Positions 19,688-29,643 of a stretch of 64,000 nt of DNA are shown here, one piece after another. The notes under the pieces are model-generated. The model worked only from the letters and a program-made list of their open reading frames with translations, had not been told where the DNA came from and did no database searches. Source of the stretch: an uncultured Chloroflexia bacterium (GTDB lineage Bacteria; Chloroflexota; Limnocylindria; Limnocylindrales; CSP1-4); contig CAVTHS010000014.1 of assembly GCA_963734535.1 (NCBI GenBank), forward strand, positions 128,001 through 192,000, written 5' to 3'. A program made the translations under genes and the position numbers. How positions within the stretch are numbered: the first letter of the stretch is position 1; each line of letters begins with the position of its first letter.

Positions 19688-22060
19688 TCAGGCGGCGGCG
19701 TCCGCCGCTCCCACCGCGACGGACTCGCCCGCGTCGTCGCCGAGCGACAGGTAGAGCTCCTCCTCCTGGGCCATGTGCAGGCGCAGGATCGCGTCCAGGC
19801 CATACAGGACGCGCCGCAGATCGACCAGGTCCTCGTGGGCGGGGCCCTCCTGCGGCAGGTCCCCCACCAGCCGGTCGTAGAGGCCGATCAGGTGGAAGAT
19901 CTCCGTGTGCGTCCGATGGAGCGCGGCCGTGGCGTCTTCGTTGCCGATCGCCTGGGCGAGCATCGGGTAGACCGCACGATCCTCCTGCTGCTCGTGCCGC
20001 ATGAGGTCGTCGACGAGGAATGAGCGGGTCGACTCCAGCGCCGCCCCGGCCGCGAGGGCGGGCAGAGCGTCGATGCCATCGGCCAGGCCGCGGATCCGTG
20101 CAAGCGCCGGCGCAAGCTCGCGGTGCTCGGTCCGCAGGCCGGCGCTCGTCTCCGCCCAGCCCGGCACATGGGCTCGCACCTCGGTGCCGCCGCGAAGCGC
20201 GCGAAGGGCGTTGAGGATGACAGCCACGTCGATCGCCTCCTGGAGCAGCGCCCCGGCCACGACGGGCAGCGCGCCGACGGCCGCGAATCCCATCGCCACG
20301 AGCGACATCGCCATCCCGGCCACGACGCTCTGGATGGCGATCCGGCGGGACCGTTTCGCGAGCCGGATCGCCTCCGCCAGCCGGTCCAGGCGATCAACCG
20401 TGATCACGAGATCGGCGGCCTCCGAGCTGGCCGTCGCGCCGCGGGCGCCCATCGCGACGCCCACGTCCGCGATGGCGAGCGCCGGGGCATCGTTGATGCC
20501 ATCCCCGACCATGACCACCGGGCCGAGCGCGTCGGCCATCTCCTGGCGGACCGCGTCCACCTTGTCCACCGGCGTCCGCTCGGCCAGGACGCCATCGACG
20601 CCGATTGCCGCGCCCACCATCTCCGCGACGGAGGCGTGGTCGCCGGTCACCATCACGATCCGCGTGATGCCCGCGCGCCGGAGCGAGCGGATCGCACGCG
20701 GGGTTTCCGGCCGGATCGGGTCGTCGAGGACCAGGGCGCCGGCCAGGCGGTCGTCCGCCCGCACGAAGACGTGCGTGCTCCCCTCTACGGCGCCGCGCCG
20801 GCGCAGCTCGCGTGCCCACGCGGGGAGGCTCCCGCCGCCGGCGCCGACATGACCCGCGAAGTCCGCCGACCCGACCTGGACCTCGCGGCCGTCGACGCGG
20901 CCCGAGACGCCGGAGCCGGGCGTCTCGACGACGTCGGTCGGGAAGGCGAGCGTGAGCCCTCGTTCGCGCGCCCCGTGGACGATCGCGGCCGCGAGGACGT
21001 GGGGGCTCACCTGGTCGACGGAGGCGGCGAGGCGCAAGACATCATTCGGGTCGGCGCCCGGCGCCGCCTCGACGCCTGCCAGGCGCGGCCGTCCCGCGGT
21101 GAGCGTGCCGGTCTTGTCGAAGAGGAGCACGCGGGCACGGGCGAGCGTCTCCAGCGGCCCGCCGCCCTTCACGATGATCCCGCGTCGGGCGGCACGGCTG
21201 AGGCCCGCCACGATCGCGATCGGCGCGGCCAGGAGCAGCGGACAGGGCGTCGCGACGACCACCACGGCAAGCGCCCGGTTGGGATCGCCCGAGATGAGCC
21301 ACGCGAGGCCCGCCACGGCGAGCGTGAGGGGGACGAAGAGAACCGCATAGCGGTCGGCGAGCCGAACGAATGGTGCCTTGGAGCCCTCGGCCTCCCGGAC
21401 CAGGCGGACGATGCCGGCATACGTCGACTGCTCGGCGATGGCGATCGCCCGGAGATCGAAGGGCCCGCCCGCGTTCAGGGTCCCGGAGCTGACCTGGTCT
21501 CCTTCGGCGCGTGTGACGGGTCCCGCCTCCCCGGTGAGGGCCGATTCGTCGAGGACTGCCGCGTCGCCATCCACGAGGCCGTCGACGGGGACGACCTCGC
21601 CGGGCATGACCAGCAGCCGGTCGCCGACGATCACCGCGTCGATCGAGCGGGTGACGAGCTCGCCGTCCTCGTAGCGGTGGACGTCGCGCGGCGCCCTGGC
21701 CAGGAGCGCCGTCAGCTCTCGATGCGCGCGCCCGGCCGCGTACCGCTCCAGCGCCTCGCCGGTGGCGAGCATCAGGGCGATGATGGCCGCCGCGAGGTAC
21801 TCCTCCATCGCCAGCGCCCCGCCGATCGCGAGGATCGCGATGACGTCGACGCCCGCCTTGCCCGTCAGCACGTCGCGCAGGATCGACCAGGCAAGCCGGA
21901 CCCCGACGATCGCGGAGGGAGCCACCCACGCGATCCTCGCGAGGTCGTCACGGCCGGCCCACGCGAAGGCGATGCCCAGCGCGAGCCCGGCCGCGCAGAA
22001 CGGGAGCAGCGCGGCGCCGAGGAATCCAAGGACGCGAGCAAGCAGTGTCGGGGATGGCAT
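19688..22060 (-). CDS. Heavy-metal P1B-5-type ATPase with C-terminal hemerythrin domain
   Basis: TGE, ATPCPLL, DKTGTLT, GDGINDAP and LLQEAIDVAVILNAL; tail EH..HEQQED..H..HMAQEEE. Confidence 0.9.
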   Translation of the reverse strand: MPSPTLLARVLGFLGAALLPFCAAGLALGIAFAWAGRDDLARIAWVAPSAIVGVRLAWSILRDVLTGKAGVDVIAILAIGGALAMEEYLAAAIIALMLATGEALERYAAGRAHRELTALLARAPRDVHRYEDGELVTRSIDAVIVGDRLLVMPGEVVPVDGLVDGDAAVLDESALTGEAGPVTRAEGDQVSSGTLNAGGPFDLRAIAIAEQSTYAGIVRLVREAEGSKAPFVRLADRYAVLFVPLTLAVAGLAWLISGDPNRALAVVVVATPCPLLLAAPIAIVAGLSRAARRGIIVKGGGPLETLARARVLLFDKTGTLTAGRPRLAGVEAAPGADPNDVLRLAASVDQVSPHVLAAAIVHGARERGLTLAFPTDVVETPGSGVSGRVDGREVQVGSADFAGHVGAGGGSLPAWARELRRRGAVEGSTHVFVRADDRLAGALVLDDPIRPETPRAIRSLRRAGITRIVMVTGDHASVAEMVGAAIGVDGVLAERTPVDKVDAVRQEMADALGPVVMVGDGINDAPALAIADVGVAMGARGATASSEAADLVITVDRLDRLAEAIRLAKRSRRIAIQSVVAGMAMSLVAMGFAAVGALPVVAGALLQEAIDVAVILNALRALRGGTEVRAHVPGWAETSAGLRTEHRELAPALARIRGLADGIDALPALAAGAALESTRSFLVDDLMRHEQQEDRAVYPMLAQAIGNEDATAALHRTHTEIFHLIGLYDRLVGDLPQEGPAHEDLVDLRRVLYGLDAILRLHMAQEEELYLSLGDDAGESVAVGAADAAA

Positions 22061-22218
22061 CCCTCCAGTCTATGGCGGCCCATCGCCCGGTTCGCGAGTC
22101 CCGGGTCCCGCCGAGCCGGGCCGTTCGGCACGCTCGCGAGCGGATCCTGCAGCGAAGCGCAGAATCGGGGCCGGCCGTCGGCGCACACCGCCCGGCACCG
22201 AACCGCGGGAGATCGAGC

Positions 22219-23250
22219 ATGACGATGCATCTGGAGCTCGCCGAATCGCCGGCCGTCGCCAGCGGCCTTCTCGCGAGCGCAAGGGCGCCGCTGGCCCGCG
22301 TTGCCGACGAGGTCCGTCGGCGCGGGACCCGGTTCGTGCTGATCGCAGCCCGCGGCACGTCCGATCACGCCGCCACCTATGCCCAGTACGTGCTGGGTTC
22401 GAGGAATCGGCTCCCCGTCGGCCTGGCGGCCCCCTCCCTGACGTCGCTCTACGGGAGCGGCCCGAGCGTCGGTGAGGCGCTCGTGATCGGGATGAGCCAG
22501 TCCGGCCGGTCACCCGACATCGTCGCCGTGCTCGACGAGGCGCGCCGCCAGGGCGCGTTGACGCTCGCGATCACGAACGACCCGGGTTCGCCGCTGGCCG
22601 ACGTCGCCGACGTCGTCGTTCCGCTGGAGGCCGGGCCGGAGCTGGCGGTCGCGGCCACCAAGACCTACGTCGCCGAGCTCGTGGTGGTGGCGCTTCTCTC
22701 CGAGGCGCTGCGCGGCGGCGAACCCGATCCCGGGCTCGCGAGGCTGCCCGCTGCACTCGCCGGGACCCTCGACCTCGAGGCGTCGATCGTCGAGCTGGCC
22801 GGCGGGCTCGCGCCGGCGCCCGCCTGCGTGGTCTTGGGGCGGGGATTCCAGTACCCGACTGCGCGCGAATGGGCGCTCAAGCTCAAGGAGGTGGCGGGCG
22901 TCTTTGCCGACGCGTACTCAGCGGCGGACTACGAGCACGGACCGATCTCGCTCGTCGAGCCCGGGCTGCCGGTGCTGGCGGTTGTGTCGAGCGGGCCGAC
23001 GCTGGCCGGCCTCCTCGTCCTGCTCGAGCGGCTCGCGGCGGACGGCGCCGACCTGCTGGTCCTGTCCGATGCCGCCGAAGCGCGTGCGCTCGGGAGGGGC
23101 TCCCTCGCGCTTGCCGGCGACGTCCCCGAGTGGCTGGCGCCGATCGTCGCGGTCCTTCCCTGCCAGCTTCTGGCCTATCACCTGGCGATCGCGCGCGGCC
23201 GCGACCCGGAAGCGCCGCGCCATCTCCGCAAGGTGACGCTGACGCGCTAG
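22219..23250 (+). CDS. SIS-domain sugar-phosphate isomerase/deaminase (GlmS C-terminal-like)
   Basis: ARGTSDHA, SQSGRSPD, VAATKTY, EWALKLKE, HGP and PRHLRKVT. Confidence 0.88.
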   Translation: MTMHLELAESPAVASGLLASARAPLARVADEVRRRGTRFVLIAARGTSDHAATYAQYVLGSRNRLPVGLAAPSLTSLYGSGPSVGEALVIGMSQSGRSPDIVAVLDEARRQGALTLAITNDPGSPLADVADVVVPLEAGPELAVAATKTYVAELVVVALLSEALRGGEPDPGLARLPAALAGTLDLEASIVELAGGLAPAPACVVLGRGFQYPTAREWALKLKEVAGVFADAYSAADYEHGPISLVEPGLPVLAVVSSGPTLAGLLVLLERLAADGADLLVLSDAAEARALGRGSLALAGDVPEWLAPIVAVLPCQLLAYHLAIARGRDPEAPRHLRKVTLTR

Positions 23251-23300
23251 CCGGGCTCAATTCGCTGGTGATCCCGCGGCGCTCAGGTGCTCCCGCGTCG

Positions 23301-24005
23301 TCAGGCGTCTGCCTCCACGCGCGGGCCGAACGCCACGCAGCAGGCACCCGGGATCGCCACCGGGCGAGGCCAACGATCAGTTTCGCCGACGCCGGAGCGG
23401 ATCCCGTCGAGCATCGCCAGGTTCATCGCGCAGGTCAGGCCGCGATGGTCGGCCACGAGCGCGTCGAAGGGGCAGTTGCGCAGCACGACGAGCGACCCGT
23501 CCTCGCGCGGCTCGTAGCCCGCGCCGCGAAGGGCGGCGAGCAGCGGGTCGGCGGGCTGCGCCGCTGAAGCAGGGACCCCGTCGACCTCACGTCGTGCCGA
23601 CGTGCCGAGCGCCTCGCCGCGGACCCGCGCGCCGGCGAGCACCGCCGTCGGGTCCGTCATCTCGAGCGCCGCGGCGAACAGGTCGGCTGCCAGCACATAT
23701 CGCCGGGCGGGAAGCGACACCTCGACGACCTCGTCCGCGCGGCGGTAGAGCTTCGCGGGCCGCCCTGCGCCGGGACCGCTCCGGCCGCGCAGCCGCCGGT
23801 ACTCCGCGGTGAGCAGGCCGGCGCGCAGGAGTCGCTCCAGGTGGAACGCGACGAGTGGCCGGCCGATCCCGAGCGCGTCGGCGGCCTGGTCCCGTCCGAC
23901 CGGCTCGTCGCTCCCGGCGACGTACTCGTAGAGCCGTCGGCGCGTCGGCTCGTGGAGCGCGGCGATCGCTCGCACCGGGTCGGCCGGCGCACGTCGGGCG
24001 TTCAC
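23301..24005 (-). CDS. ArsR-like HTH transcriptional regulator with C-terminal Cys motif
   Basis: ALHEPTRRRLY, FHLERL, GAGRPAKLY, RNCPF..CAMN..CC. Confidence 0.85.
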   Translation of the reverse strand: MNARRAPADPVRAIAALHEPTRRRLYEYVAGSDEPVGRDQAADALGIGRPLVAFHLERLLRAGLLTAEYRRLRGRSGPGAGRPAKLYRRADEVVEVSLPARRYVLAADLFAAALEMTDPTAVLAGARVRGEALGTSARREVDGVPASAAQPADPLLAALRGAGYEPREDGSLVVLRNCPFDALVADHRGLTCAMNLAMLDGIRSGVGETDRWPRPVAIPGACCVAFGPRVEADA

Positions 24006-24064
24006 CCCGGCATTCTACTGCACAATATCGCTAACGAAACCAGCCAGCGTGAGCGAGGCTCCGG

Positions 24065-24901
24065 TCAGCCCGCCACGGCGAGGGACTTGAACTCCTCGAC
24101 TTGGCCGCGAATGGCCCGCTCCGTCGGGAGCCGTTCGATGCTGGAGGCGCCGAAGAAGCCGGCGACCCCGGGCATCCGCGTGAGCGCGCGGCCGACGGTG
24201 CCGGGTTCGTCGAACGGCCCGCCGTGACAGATCACGATGATGTCCGAGCGCACGCCGCGGCCCGCCTCGGCGATCGCCATCACCCGGTCGATCGCGTCGT
24301 CGAGCGTGAAGGCGACGCCCGCGCCGATGGTGCCTGCGGTCGTCAAGCCGACGTGGGCGACCAGCTGGTCCGCGCCGGCACGGGCCATGGCCCGCGCGTC
24401 GTCCGGGTTGAAGACGTACGGGGAGCAGAACAGGCCGATCTCCGAGGCGAGACGGATCATCTCCACCTCGCGGTCATAGCCCATTCCCGTGGCCTCGATG
24501 TTCTTCCGGAAGTCGCCGTCGATCAGGCCGACCGTGGGGAAGTTCTGGACGCCATCGAAGCCCATCTCCTTCAGCTGCCGGAGGAAGACGGGCATCAACC
24601 GGAACGGGTCGGTTCCGCAGACGCCGGCGAGGACCGGTGTATCCCGGACCACCGGCAGCACCTCGGCGGCCATCTCGACGACGATGCCGTTGGCGTCGCC
24701 GTACGGCATCAGGCCGGCGAGCGAGCCGCGACCGGCCATGCGGTAGCGGCCGGAGTTGTAGATGATCACGAGGTCGGCGCCGCCGGCCTCGGCCATCTTC
24801 GCCGAGATGCCCGTGCCGGCACCACAGCCGACGATGGGCCGGCCCGCGTCGATCTCCGCCCGGAGACGGCGCAGCACCTCGGTGCGGGGAATGAACGGCA
24901 T
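24065..24901 (-). CDS. TIM-barrel / PEP hydrolase-like protein (Tm-1 C-terminal-like)
   Basis: [33 protein letters not shown] and [11 protein letters not shown]. Confidence 0.9.
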   Translation of the reverse strand: MPFIPRTEVLRRLRAEIDAGRPIVGCGAGTGISAKMAEAGGADLVIIYNSGRYRMAGRGSLAGLMPYGDANGIVVEMAAEVLPVVRDTPVLAGVCGTDPFRLMPVFLRQLKEMGFDGVQNFPTVGLIDGDFRKNIEATGMGYDREVEMIRLASEIGLFCSPYVFNPDDARAMARAGADQLVAHVGLTTAGTIGAGVAFTLDDAIDRVMAIAEAGRGVRSDIIVICHGGPFDEPGTVGRALTRMPGVAGFFGASSIERLPTERAIRGQVEEFKSLAVAG

Positions 24902-24947
24902 CGGATCTCCTCCTGCTGGGGTGTGGTGTTCGTGCCGGGCGCGGCTG

Positions 24948-26162
24948 TCAGCGCCCGTCAAGCATCTCGAGGAGCGTCTCGGCCACCCTCCCCGAGAAGG
25001 CCGGATCGTTGATGTTCGCGTCGACCTCGATGACCGGGACGCCTGTCCCGACTCCCGCCCGGATTGCCTCGAAGCAGGCGGCGTCGGCCGCCGGGTCCCA
25101 GAACTCGTGTCCCGCGGCGTCGAGCATGGAGACGCCTCGGAGGGGCAGCAGGACGGCGACCGGAGCGGTCGCGGCGCGTGCGGCCGCGGCGATCATCTCG
25201 CCGATACGGCGGTTCTCCTCGGCGTTCGTGCGAAGGAGGGTGATGTTCGGGTTCCACGCGTAGAGGTTCCGGTCGTGGAAGCGTGCCGGGACCGTCTCGA
25301 TGCCGCCGAAGTTGGCCATGTCGACACAGCCCGGCACGAGGACGGCCGGGATTCCCGCGCGGGATGCCGCCAGGCAGCGTTCGGGTCCGGCGCTCAGGAC
25401 GCCCCCACAGACCTCGTCCGCGAGCTCGGTCGTGGTCATGTCGAGCGAGGCGGTCACGTACCCATCGGCGATGAGCCCTTCCATCGTCCGACCGCCGGTG
25501 CCCGTGGCATGGAAGACGAGGACCTCGTAATCGCGGGCCTCGAGGATGGCGCGGGCGTGGTCGACCGCCACGGTCGTGTTGCCGAACATGGAGGCGACGA
25601 TGAGCGGCCTGTCGGCTCCGTCGGTGGGAATCTCAGCTCGAACCATGCCGGCGATGGCGCCCGCTGCGTTCGCGAAGATCCGGCGGCTCAGCCGGTTGAA
25701 GCCAGCCACGTCCACGATCGAGGGCATGAACGTGATGTCCTTCGTGCCCGCATAGGCGCTCACGTCGCCGCCGCCCAGCGTCGACAGCATCACCTTCGGC
25801 ACGCCCACGGGGAGCGCCCGCATGGCGGTGGTCGCGATCGATGTGCCGCCGCTTCCTCCCATCGACAGGATGCCGTCGAGCCGCCCCTCCGCGTGGAGCC
25901 TGCCCACGATGACCGCCAGCCCGTCGGCCATGGTGCGCATCGCCTCGTCCTTGTGGTCACCCGACGCAAGGCGGGCAAGGTCGCCGCCGACCGCGGCAAC
26001 GACCTCCTCGCGCGTGATGTCCGCGCGGAACCCGGGCGGGCCCATCACCCCGACGTCGACCACCAGGGTCGCGAGCCCCTGGCCCTCGATCAGCCCCTTG
26101 ACGTACCGGAACTCCTCGCCCTTCGTGTCGAGCGCTCCCGCGATCACGACTGTCTTCACCAT
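24948..26162 (-). CDS. Tm-1-like ATP-binding domain protein (UPF0261)
   Basis: [21 protein letters not shown] and [10 protein letters not shown]. Confidence 0.9.
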   Translation of the reverse strand: MVKTVVIAGALDTKGEEFRYVKGLIEGQGLATLVVDVGVMGPPGFRADITREEVVAAVGGDLARLASGDHKDEAMRTMADGLAVIVGRLHAEGRLDGILSMGGSGGTSIATTAMRALPVGVPKVMLSTLGGGDVSAYAGTKDITFMPSIVDVAGFNRLSRRIFANAAGAIAGMVRAEIPTDGADRPLIVASMFGNTTVAVDHARAILEARDYEVLVFHATGTGGRTMEGLIADGYVTASLDMTTTELADEVCGGVLSAGPERCLAASRAGIPAVLVPGCVDMANFGGIETVPARFHDRNLYAWNPNITLLRTNAEENRRIGEMIAAAARAATAPVAVLLPLRGVSMLDAAGHEFWDPAADAACFEAIRAGVGTGVPVIEVDANINDPAFSGRVAETLLEMLDGR

Positions 26163-26278
26163 GCTCCCCTTCTCGATCCGGCGGGCCAGCGATGCGCGAG
26201 GGCCGACGCTCAACGATTGCTCAAGGTCGGGCTCGCGACTGCGTGATTCTGCCACCACGGGTACTAGTATCGGAGCAC

Positions 26279-27919
26279 ATGGTGGCATTCGTCGGAGGGC
26301 GTAGCGTGGTGGGCCGGGTCGCCGGTCGCCGCTCGGCGACGGCGATTGCCGTCGCGATATGCCTGGCGCTGGGCGGCACGACGCTGGCCGTCGCGGCGAT
26401 CCGCGCGGTCGTCCCGGACGCGGCCCCCGTCTACCTGCTGGCCGTCCTGGCGGTCGGCATGCTCCACGGGACGGCGCCCGCGGTGGTGACGTCGGTCGGC
26501 GCGTTCCTGCTCTACGACTTCCTGTTCGTCCAACCCGTGTACACGTTCACGATCTCGAGCCCGGACGAGTGGCTCAACCTGCTCCTCCTGCTGGCCGTGG
26601 CCGTCGTCATCGGGCGTCTCGCGGCGCTCCAGACGCAGCGCGCGCAGGAGGCGGCGGACCGCGCGCTCGAAGCGGAGTCGCTCTACGGGATCACCGGCGT
26701 CCTCGCCTCGACGAGGACCGTCGCCGAGGCCACGCCGCTTGTCCTGGCCCGGCTTGCAGAGACCACCGCGATGGATCGCGTCTGGTTCGGGCTCGGGCCG
26801 GCGCCCACCGAGGAGCGGATCGTCGCCGACACGGCCGCGGCCGAGGCGCTGCCGGTGCCGGGCTGGCACGTCGTCCTGCAGCGCCCTTCCGACGGCCCGG
26901 TGCGCTGGGCGCGGACCCACGTGGGCCGGCCCGGCGCGCGGCGATCCGAGAAGGCGGTCGTCCACCGCGTCCGCGTCGAGGTCGCCGGCGAGCTTCTCGG
27001 CTCGCTCTGGGCGCTGCGGGCCCGCGCCGAGCACGATCCGGACCGCGCCGAGACCCGGATCCTGGCGGCCGCAGCGGACCAGCTCGGCCAGGCCGTGGTC
27101 CGGGACCGCCTGTCGGAGGAGGCCACGAACGCCGCGATCCTCCGCGAGAGCGAGTCGCTGAAGTCCGCGCTGCTGGACTCGGTCTCCCACGACCTGCGGA
27201 CACCGCTCGCCACGATCCGCGCGGCCGCCGGCAGCATGCTGGATCGAAGCATCGGCTGGAGCGAGGAAGAGCAGCTCGGGGCCTTCCAGACCATCGATGC
27301 CGAGGCCGAGCGGATGGGCCGGCTCGTGCGCAACCTCCTGGACCTGAGCCGGATCGAGGGCGGTGCGCTCAGGCCGGAGCTGGCCGCCCAGGATGCGGGA
27401 GAGCTGGCTCGACAGGCCGTAAGCCGGACGCACGCGCAGGGGAAGACGATCCGGGTCGACATCCCGCTGTCACTGCCGCCCGTCCTCGTCGACGACGTCT
27501 ACATGGGCCAGGTCCTGGCCAACCTGCTCGAGAACGCGGTTCGGTACGGCGGTCCCACGATCGTGGTCCAGGCCCGCTTCCTGCCCGACGAGTCCACCGT
27601 CGAGGTGAGCGTCGCCGATGACGGCGACGGCGTCCCGGTTCGCGCCCTGGCCCACCTCTTCGACAAGTTCTACCAGGTGCCCAGGTCGGACGACCTGTCC
27701 CGGCGCGGGATGGGAATCGGCCTGACGGTGGTGGCAGGGCTCACGCGCGCGATGGGTGGCACGGTCCGCGCCCAGCGTGCCGTTGCCGGCGGCCTCGTGG
27801 TCGTGGTCCGGCTGCGCGCCGCAGACGCCCCACCCTCCGCAGACGCGTCGCCGACCGCAGACGCGTCGCCGGCGGACCGTAACGAGCGCACCCCGGTTAC
27901 CGCCGAGAGGGCCCGATGA
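26279..27919 (+). CDS. kdpD: KdpD-like sensor histidine kinase lacking the N-terminal KdpD/USP domains
   Basis: DUF4118-like TMs (YDFLFVQPVYTFTI), SVSHDLRTPL, NLLENA and GMGIGL. Confidence 0.85.
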   Translation: MVAFVGGRSVVGRVAGRRSATAIAVAICLALGGTTLAVAAIRAVVPDAAPVYLLAVLAVGMLHGTAPAVVTSVGAFLLYDFLFVQPVYTFTISSPDEWLNLLLLLAVAVVIGRLAALQTQRAQEAADRALEAESLYGITGVLASTRTVAEATPLVLARLAETTAMDRVWFGLGPAPTEERIVADTAAAEALPVPGWHVVLQRPSDGPVRWARTHVGRPGARRSEKAVVHRVRVEVAGELLGSLWALRARAEHDPDRAETRILAAAADQLGQAVVRDRLSEEATNAAILRESESLKSALLDSVSHDLRTPLATIRAAAGSMLDRSIGWSEEEQLGAFQTIDAEAERMGRLVRNLLDLSRIEGGALRPELAAQDAGELARQAVSRTHAQGKTIRVDIPLSLPPVLVDDVYMGQVLANLLENAVRYGGPTIVVQARFLPDESTVEVSVADDGDGVPVRALAHLFDKFYQVPRSDDLSRRGMGIGLTVVAGLTRAMGGTVRAQRAVAGGLVVVVRLRAADAPPSADASPTADASPADRNERTPVTAERAR

Positions 27920-28653
27920 TCGCCTCCGGGGCGTGGTTGCTGGTCGTCGAGGACGAGGAGCCTGCCCGGCGCCTGCTGCGGGCGTACCTCGCTCGACGCG
28001 GCTACCGCGTGGACGAGGCGGCTTCCGCCAGGGAGGCGATGCGTGCCTGGGAGGCGCACCGGCCGGATCTCGTCCTTCTCGACCTGGGCCTTCCCGACCT
28101 CGATGGCGTCGAGGTCATCCGGCGCATCCGGCGCGACGCCGTCACCCCCATCATCGTGCTGTCGGCCCGGGGTGAGGAGCGCGACAAGGTCGCCGGCCTG
28201 GAGGCGGGCGCCGACGACTACCTGTCCAAGCCGTTCTCGATCGGCGAGCTCGAGGCGCGCATCCACGCGGTGCTGCGTCGGCTTGGGCCCGACGTGGGTC
28301 CGGACGGCAGGCTGCGGCTCGGGCCGATCGAGCTCGACCCGGTCCGCCGCTCCGTCACCGCGGCCGGGGATCCGGTCCATCTCTCCCCGCGTGAGTACGA
28401 GCTGCTCAAGGTGCTCCTGTCCAACCAGGGCCGGCTCGTGACACGCGAGCGCCTGCTCCGGGCGGTTTGGGGCCGCGAGCACGCGGGTGCGCGCGAGTAT
28501 CTCCACGTCTACATCGGACGGCTTCGGCATAAGCTGGCCGACGCGGGCGTCGGTCCCGCGATCGAGCAGATGATCGCGACGGAGCCAGGGATCGGGTATC
28601 GCGTGGCGGCTCCGACGCCCGCGGCGCCGCTCGAGGCGCCGGCTCCGGTCTGA
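27916..28653 (+). CDS. kdpE: KdpE-like OmpR-family response regulator
   Basis: LLDLGLPDLDG, GADDYLSKPF, YLHVYIGRLRHKL and TEPGIGY. Confidence 0.9.
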   Translation: MIASGAWLLVVEDEEPARRLLRAYLARRGYRVDEAASAREAMRAWEAHRPDLVLLDLGLPDLDGVEVIRRIRRDAVTPIIVLSARGEERDKVAGLEAGADDYLSKPFSIGELEARIHAVLRRLGPDVGPDGRLRLGPIELDPVRRSVTAAGDPVHLSPREYELLKVLLSNQGRLVTRERLLRAVWGREHAGAREYLHVYIGRLRHKLADAGVGPAIEQMIATEPGIGYRVAAPTPAAPLEAPAPV

Positions 28654-28718
28654 CGCGCGCCGGTCTCGACAGATCCGACCCGAGCGGGCAGCCGATGGGC
28701 GTGGCGCCAGCCCAAACG

Positions 28719-28738
28719 TTTAGGCCGACTTAAGGCCG
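28719..28738 (+). promoter_or_regulatory. Tandem direct repeat, candidate KdpE binding site
   Basis: TTTAGGCCG / TTAAGGCCG with an 11-bp period, upstream of the kdp operon. Confidence 0.55.
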
Positions 28739-28790
28739 CCGGTGCCCGGAAGCAGGCCGGCCTCTTGGACCCCGGGCGGATGCTCGAGGC

Positions 28791-29060
28791 ATGCCACACG
28801 TGAGCGGCCCCGACGCGTTCAGGGACGGAACCACCGCCTACCGCCTGGCGAGCGAGGTGCGAGAGGTCGAATCCGCGATGGCGCTGGTCCGATCCGGGGC
28901 CGCGACCCGCGTCACACTCACCGGCCTGCGCTTCGCCGAGGCCGTCCTCCGGCAGCTCAGCCCGGATGCGCAGCGCGATGGCATCGCGCTCGACCCGCTC
29001 TACTGGCCCGACGATTCGGGCTGCGACGTCGTCGTGAGGCGAACCGATGACGACGCCTGA
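28791..29060 (+). CDS. Hypothetical 89-aa protein, first gene of the kdp operon
   Basis: GC3-rich ORF; GATGCT lies 6 nt before ATG; overlaps the next gene. Confidence 0.65.
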   Translation: MPHVSGPDAFRDGTTAYRLASEVREVESAMALVRSGAATRVTLTGLRFAEAVLRQLSPDAQRDGIALDPLYWPDDSGCDVVVRRTDDDA

Positions 29061-29472
29061 CCGCGCGGCCCGGGTCCTGCTCGTCGAGGACGACCTTGGC
29101 CTCTCGGGAATCATCGAGCGTCACCTTTGCGCTCGCGGCCACGACGCGCGCGCGTCGGCGTCGGTCGAGGATGCGATCGAGTTGCTCCGGGCGGGTTTTC
29201 GGCCGACCGTGGTCCTGCTGGACATCAACCTGCCGGGGGCGTCGGGCTGGAACCTGCTCCGCGGTCCCGAGCTGGCGGCGGCCGGATCGCCGCCCGTCTA
29301 CGTGGTCAGCGCGACGTCGATCCCCACGGCGCGCCTCCGCGAGTTCAACGTGGCCGGCTTCCTGCCGAAGCCGTTCGCACTGCCGACGCTCGTCGACGTC
29401 GTGGAGCGGACGCACCCAACGGGCGAAGGCGCAGCCGAGACCGTGGCCGGAGGAGGCCTGGATGCTCTTTGA
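29047..29472 (+). CDS. Single-domain response regulator (receiver only)
   Basis: LLVEDD, LLDINLP and FLPKPF. Confidence 0.85.
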   Translation: MTTPDRAARVLLVEDDLGLSGIIERHLCARGHDARASASVEDAIELLRAGFRPTVVLLDINLPGASGWNLLRGPELAAAGSPPVYVVSATSIPTARLREFNVAGFLPKPFALPTLVDVVERTHPTGEGAAETVAGGGLDAL

Positions 29473-29554
29473 CCTCGCGATGATCGCCCTGACCCTGGTC
29501 TGGGCACTCGCGTTCTTCGCGTTCCTGTGGCTTGCGAGGAAGCTCGCTCGATGA
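29462..29554 (+). CDS. 30-aa single-TM peptide upstream of kdpF
   Basis: GGAGG SD; MLFDLAMIALTLVWALAFFAFLWLARKLAR; ATGA overlap with kdpF. Confidence 0.7.
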   Translation: MLFDLAMIALTLVWALAFFAFLWLARKLAR

Positions 29555-29640
29555 ACCTCGGCGACCTCGTGGGGGGCGTGATCGCACTCCTGCTCGGCGT
29601 GTACCTCTTCTGGACCCTTCTCCGGCCCGAGGACTTCTGA
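29551..29640 (+). CDS. kdpF: K+-transporting ATPase subunit F
   Basis: MNLGDLVGGVIALLLGVYLFWTLLRPEDF, with the YL...L.PE.F signature. Confidence 0.9.
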   Translation: MNLGDLVGGVIALLLGVYLFWTLLRPEDF

Positions 29641-29643
29641 GCA

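Noticed and set aside
27820-27875. 18-bp tandem repeat (ADASP) at the kinase C-terminus
   Set aside because: Short low-complexity coding tail with no evident function.
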